Source: an uncultured virus (IMG/VR IMGVR_UViG_3300044723_003200) (taxonomy: Duplodnaviria; Heunggongvirae; Uroviricota; Caudoviricetes). Taken from it: a stretch of 64,000 bases of DNA. The stretch is taken from IMG/VR virus record IMGVR_UViG_3300044723_003200. The stretch is one strand, 5' to 3'. The notes below the pieces were generated by a model that saw only the letters and a program-made list of their open reading frames with translations, was not told the origin of the DNA and searched no databases. The position numbers and the translations under genes were made by a program. Shown in pieces: positions 62,001 through 64,000 of this stretch (position 1 is its first letter; the number at the start of each line of letters is the position of its first letter).

Positions 62001-64000
62001 TTCTTGATACTCAGAATAATCCGAATCCAGATGTAACTCTTAATATTGGTCAAGAGATATTCCTCTATGTCCATAACTTAACTGGTGCTCAGATTGACAA
62101 CGGTCAAGCAGTCTATATCTCTGGAACTGCACACGGTAAACACCCTCAAGTATCTCTTGCGAGAGCGGATGCGTCTGGAACTGCTCAACCTACTGGTCTT
62201 GCGACTATGGATATTCCAGATGGCGCACACGGTTGGGTAACTCGTTATGGTATCGTCCGTGATGTAAACACTGGTGGTCTGACTGCTGGTTCGACATTAT
62301 ATCTTTCCGCTGATTCTGCTGGTGAGTGGACAACAACAGAAGTCACTGTGGATACTGGTTATCCATATCATATTGGTCGTATTCTAACCGCTGACTCAAC
62401 CGCTGGCACAATCCTTGTAGATGGTTTCAGTGAACACTACGAATATCTGCGTATTGAAGATAGACTGAAAGTCTCCGGTAGACTTGAAGCTGATTCGGCA
62501 TCACTTCTGAATGTTCAGTTTGATATTACAACCTTTGATTCACATCAACCATATAGTGAAGGTCTGTTATATTACGATAATGCACACAAGACACTGAACT
62601 ATAATGATGACATCACTGGTATGGTTCACGAGATTGGTCTCCAAGAACACCAGCGTGTATTCAACAATAGTGGCGCAACCATTAAGAAAGGTAATGCACT
62701 ATACTTTAGTGGTAACTACACATCAGGCGATATTGACGTTCCGACTGTTGGTCTTGCAGATGCAACAGATGTAAACGCATATAACGCTCAAGGTATTGCT
62801 GCTCAAGATATTCCAAACAACTCTTATGGTCACTGTTTGATTGCTGGTCAGTTGACTAATGTTAATACTGCACACTTGAGTGACGGAACTAACTTCTTCG
62901 TGTCCGTGACTACACCTGGCTCACACCAGAATGCATCTCCGACATATCCAAACTTCCCTATGTGTTTAGGTTGGGTTGTTAAAACTGGTGATTCAGACAA
63001 TGGTATCTTACTTGTCAATCAACAGAATCACTCTGTTCGTTCTTTCCGTGTTCAAACTTCTGCACATATTGGTACAGACTTACAGGTTGATGGTAACTTA
63101 ACGATTTTAGGTAGTCAGACCACTGTAGGTACATCTAATGTAACTCAGGGTGCGCCATTCTATCGTCTTAATGAAGGTGATGCGATTGGTGAAGCAGGAA
63201 CGACATTTACTGGTTCTGGCCTTGACGATGCGTTCTTTGCTGGTCACTTTACTGGAACATCTTCACAAACCTACTATGTCAAGATTGATGGTGTAGGAAC
63301 TGGTGGTGGTGGCGTTGATACTTTTGCGGTTGCTCTTGGTAGTGATAGTGAGTTTGCATCTCCTGTTCTTACAAAACAGAATATTACAGGTGACGCACAA
63401 CTTATTCACTCTGCGGATAATATCTCCGTTGAGTTTGGTGCGACTACAGGCCACGATAGTGGTGATAGATGGTCTGGTACTGCTTCTCCTGTTAATGTAG
63501 ATACTGGTTTCTTCACAAACCGAAACACTGGAACAAGTGGTGTCGGTTATACCCATATGGGTCTATGGTTTGATGTCACTGACGAGAAATGGAAACTCGT
63601 AGACGAATATGACTCAACACCTACAGGAACAATTAACACTGCGGATTCCTCATTCAGTCTTGCGACTCTAGTTGCAGATACGTTTGAAGGTAGTCTGATT
63701 GGTGCGGTAACAGGTAATGCTCAAACTGCTTCTGCTCTTGCAAGTGGTCAAAACTTCTCCTTAACAGGTGATATCACTGCATCTGCTGTATCCTTTGATG
63801 GAACAGGTGCGGTTCAATTGACAACCGCATACAACCCTGGCTCTATTGTTAACGCAGACATCAATGCTGCTGCTGCGATTGCGGATTCTAAACTCGCAAC
63901 CATTAGTACTGCGGGTAAGGTAAACAACTCTGCGACCACTGCTACTGATGCAAATACTGGTTCTGCGATTGTAACACGTGATGCATCTGGTAACTTTGCG
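59012..64000 (+). CDS. Large tail fibre protein, 3' end beyond window (>=1663 codons; missing from ORF track)
   Basis: AAGGAAAG RBS, MAEKIIVKKVVVG...; IIPDSNEAYDLGSSSNKWRDLYL, repeated EGTNLYYT, YDSATG.F.YTGPS; frame spot-checked open at 60002, 61022, 62042, 63002 and 63962. Confidence 0.85.
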   Translation, partial: MAEKIIVKKVVVGTPIKRVTAGAFAISNLGGVDVTATESDGSILAYNQVSGKYEVTNLRTDANITAEFDSEQNKYTFGLTNTSFTGSIIPDSNEAYDLGSSSNKWRDLYLSGDTIVLGSISLKDSGGQLVFVDSDGNKTGLGLSLITNNTSILSLDSDTGVFTFNDSDIARTDVNEVFHAGLTVNGGATVDSATITTLANTTLIGSQATLDSANIGTLRVTGNTVLDGNLTISGTQTIINTETINLADNTIILNSNATGTPTEDAGIEIERGDLANVSILWDEGEKHWTLGSENLVTTGKLLFGNVYDSEGALPSASVYHGMYAHVHATGRGYFAHAGDWHKLIDSDTTTRQQVYTLSSEVADITDGTITTLYNSNLSGGQATFDSAHSTNLTAATATLDSATATNLASTTLTGGTATFDSATVTNLATTELTGSQATFDSATVTNLATTELTGSQATFDSATITNIRFDNIDAQTTATIRNIFSASGDLSYDSATGQFSFDVETVYTKANFDSDLGDANTGQLPEGTNLYYTTARADSDFDVRLATKTTSDVAEGTNLYYTQVRFDSAFGDKTTTDLTEGTNLYYTTARFDAALATKTTADVAEHNSNLYYTTARADSDAKASLLVNDTGGDGSLTYDSATGVFTYTGPSAAEVRAHLSASGDLSYNSSTGVFSVDIEDVYTQANFDSDFLKRLESQIDSAGITTLTNTNATITSLTGSQATFDSANITSLGAVAGVDATTTSTIRGLFSSSGDLTYNSGTGQFSFDVEDVYTKANFDSDLGDANTGQLPEGSNLYYTDARARNAIGLSDVGGDGSLTYDSATGRFTYTGPSAAEVRAHLTANKGLSVSNGEFNIDSANVRGMFSASGSLSYNSSTGAFSYTDSDRTASQIKGLFSATDAGGDGSFSYSDGVFTYTGPSASEARAHFSGGTGVTITDGSIAIGQSVGTTDNVTFAQTTMDSAIVDGVNFNVLTSRHTNAAGTLYFDSDHQKGLSLVLDTQNNPNPDVTLNIGQEIFLYVHNLTGAQIDNGQAVYISGTAHGKHPQVSLARADASGTAQPTGLATMDIPDGAHGWVTRYGIVRDVNTGGLTAGSTLYLSADSAGEWTTTEVTVDTGYPYHIGRILTADSTAGTILVDGFSEHYEYLRIEDRLKVSGRLEADSASLLNVQFDITTFDSHQPYSEGLLYYDNAHKTLNYNDDITGMVHEIGLQEHQRVFNNSGATIKKGNALYFSGNYTSGDIDVPTVGLADATDVNAYNAQGIAAQDIPNNSYGHCLIAGQLTNVNTAHLSDGTNFFVSVTTPGSHQNASPTYPNFPMCLGWVVKTGDSDNGILLVNQQNHSVRSFRVQTSAHIGTDLQVDGNLTILGSQTTVGTSNVTQGAPFYRLNEGDAIGEAGTTFTGSGLDDAFFAGHFTGTSSQTYYVKIDGVGTGGGGVDTFAVALGSDSEFASPVLTKQNITGDAQLIHSADNISVEFGATTGHDSGDRWSGTASPVNVDTGFFTNRNTGTSGVGYTHMGLWFDVTDEKWKLVDEYDSTPTGTINTADSSFSLATLVADTFEGSLIGAVTGNAQTASALASGQNFSLTGDITASAVSFDGTGAVQLTTAYNPGSIVNADINAAAAIADSKLATISTAGKVNNSATTATDANTGSAIVTRDASGNFA
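60266..60399. repeat. 60-bp tandem duplication encoding FDSATVTNLATTELTGSQAT
   Basis: About 2.2 near-identical copies in frame within the tail fibre. Confidence 0.9.

Noticed and set aside
1..64000. tRNA genes, introns, inteins or stop-codon recoding
   Set aside because: Intergenic gaps are short with no cloverleaf seen, core genes are uninterrupted, and TAA, TAG and TGA all end conserved genes.

Overview
A 64-kb segment of a T4-like (Tevenvirinae/Kyanoviridae-type, probably marine) myovirus genome; the host cannot be read from the sequence. In order: the 3' end of phoH and an M15 peptidase; an ~18-kb glycan-building and tailoring island (about ten glycosyltransferase-like genes, plus carbamoyl-, methyl- and sulfotransferases, radical SAM, a HAD-nucleotidyltransferase fusion, a ferritin-like protein and a glutamine amidotransferase); a short minus-strand late operon; small early genes behind consensus sigma70 promoters; denV-like, gp33 and gp32; a minus-strand tail/head module (tape measure, gp51/gp26, gp54, gp2, gp4); a baseplate module (gp48, gp53, hub, gp5 split over three genes, gp25, gp6, gp7, gp9/10-like, gp8, VrlC-like); and fibre genes, the last a >1660-codon ORF running off the window and absent from the ORF track. 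The most striking observation concerns two paralogous fibre proteins (52239-56671) built from 4-residue repeats whose outgoing and returning arms have exactly equal length (138/138 and 254/254 aa). The arms are residue-complementary when read antiparallel (Gly never faces Gly at tetrad position 3; Arg faces an aromatic, usually Phe, at position 1), implying very long single-chain beta-hairpin fibres, and they are followed by a glycosyltransferase and an oxygenase-like gene. Other leads are a likely -1 frameshift joining gp26 to gp51, probable leaderless late mRNAs, Asp-Ser enrichment in outer virion proteins, and apparently inactivated cell-wall hydrolase folds. All family calls come from recognising motifs by eye; no database search was run.
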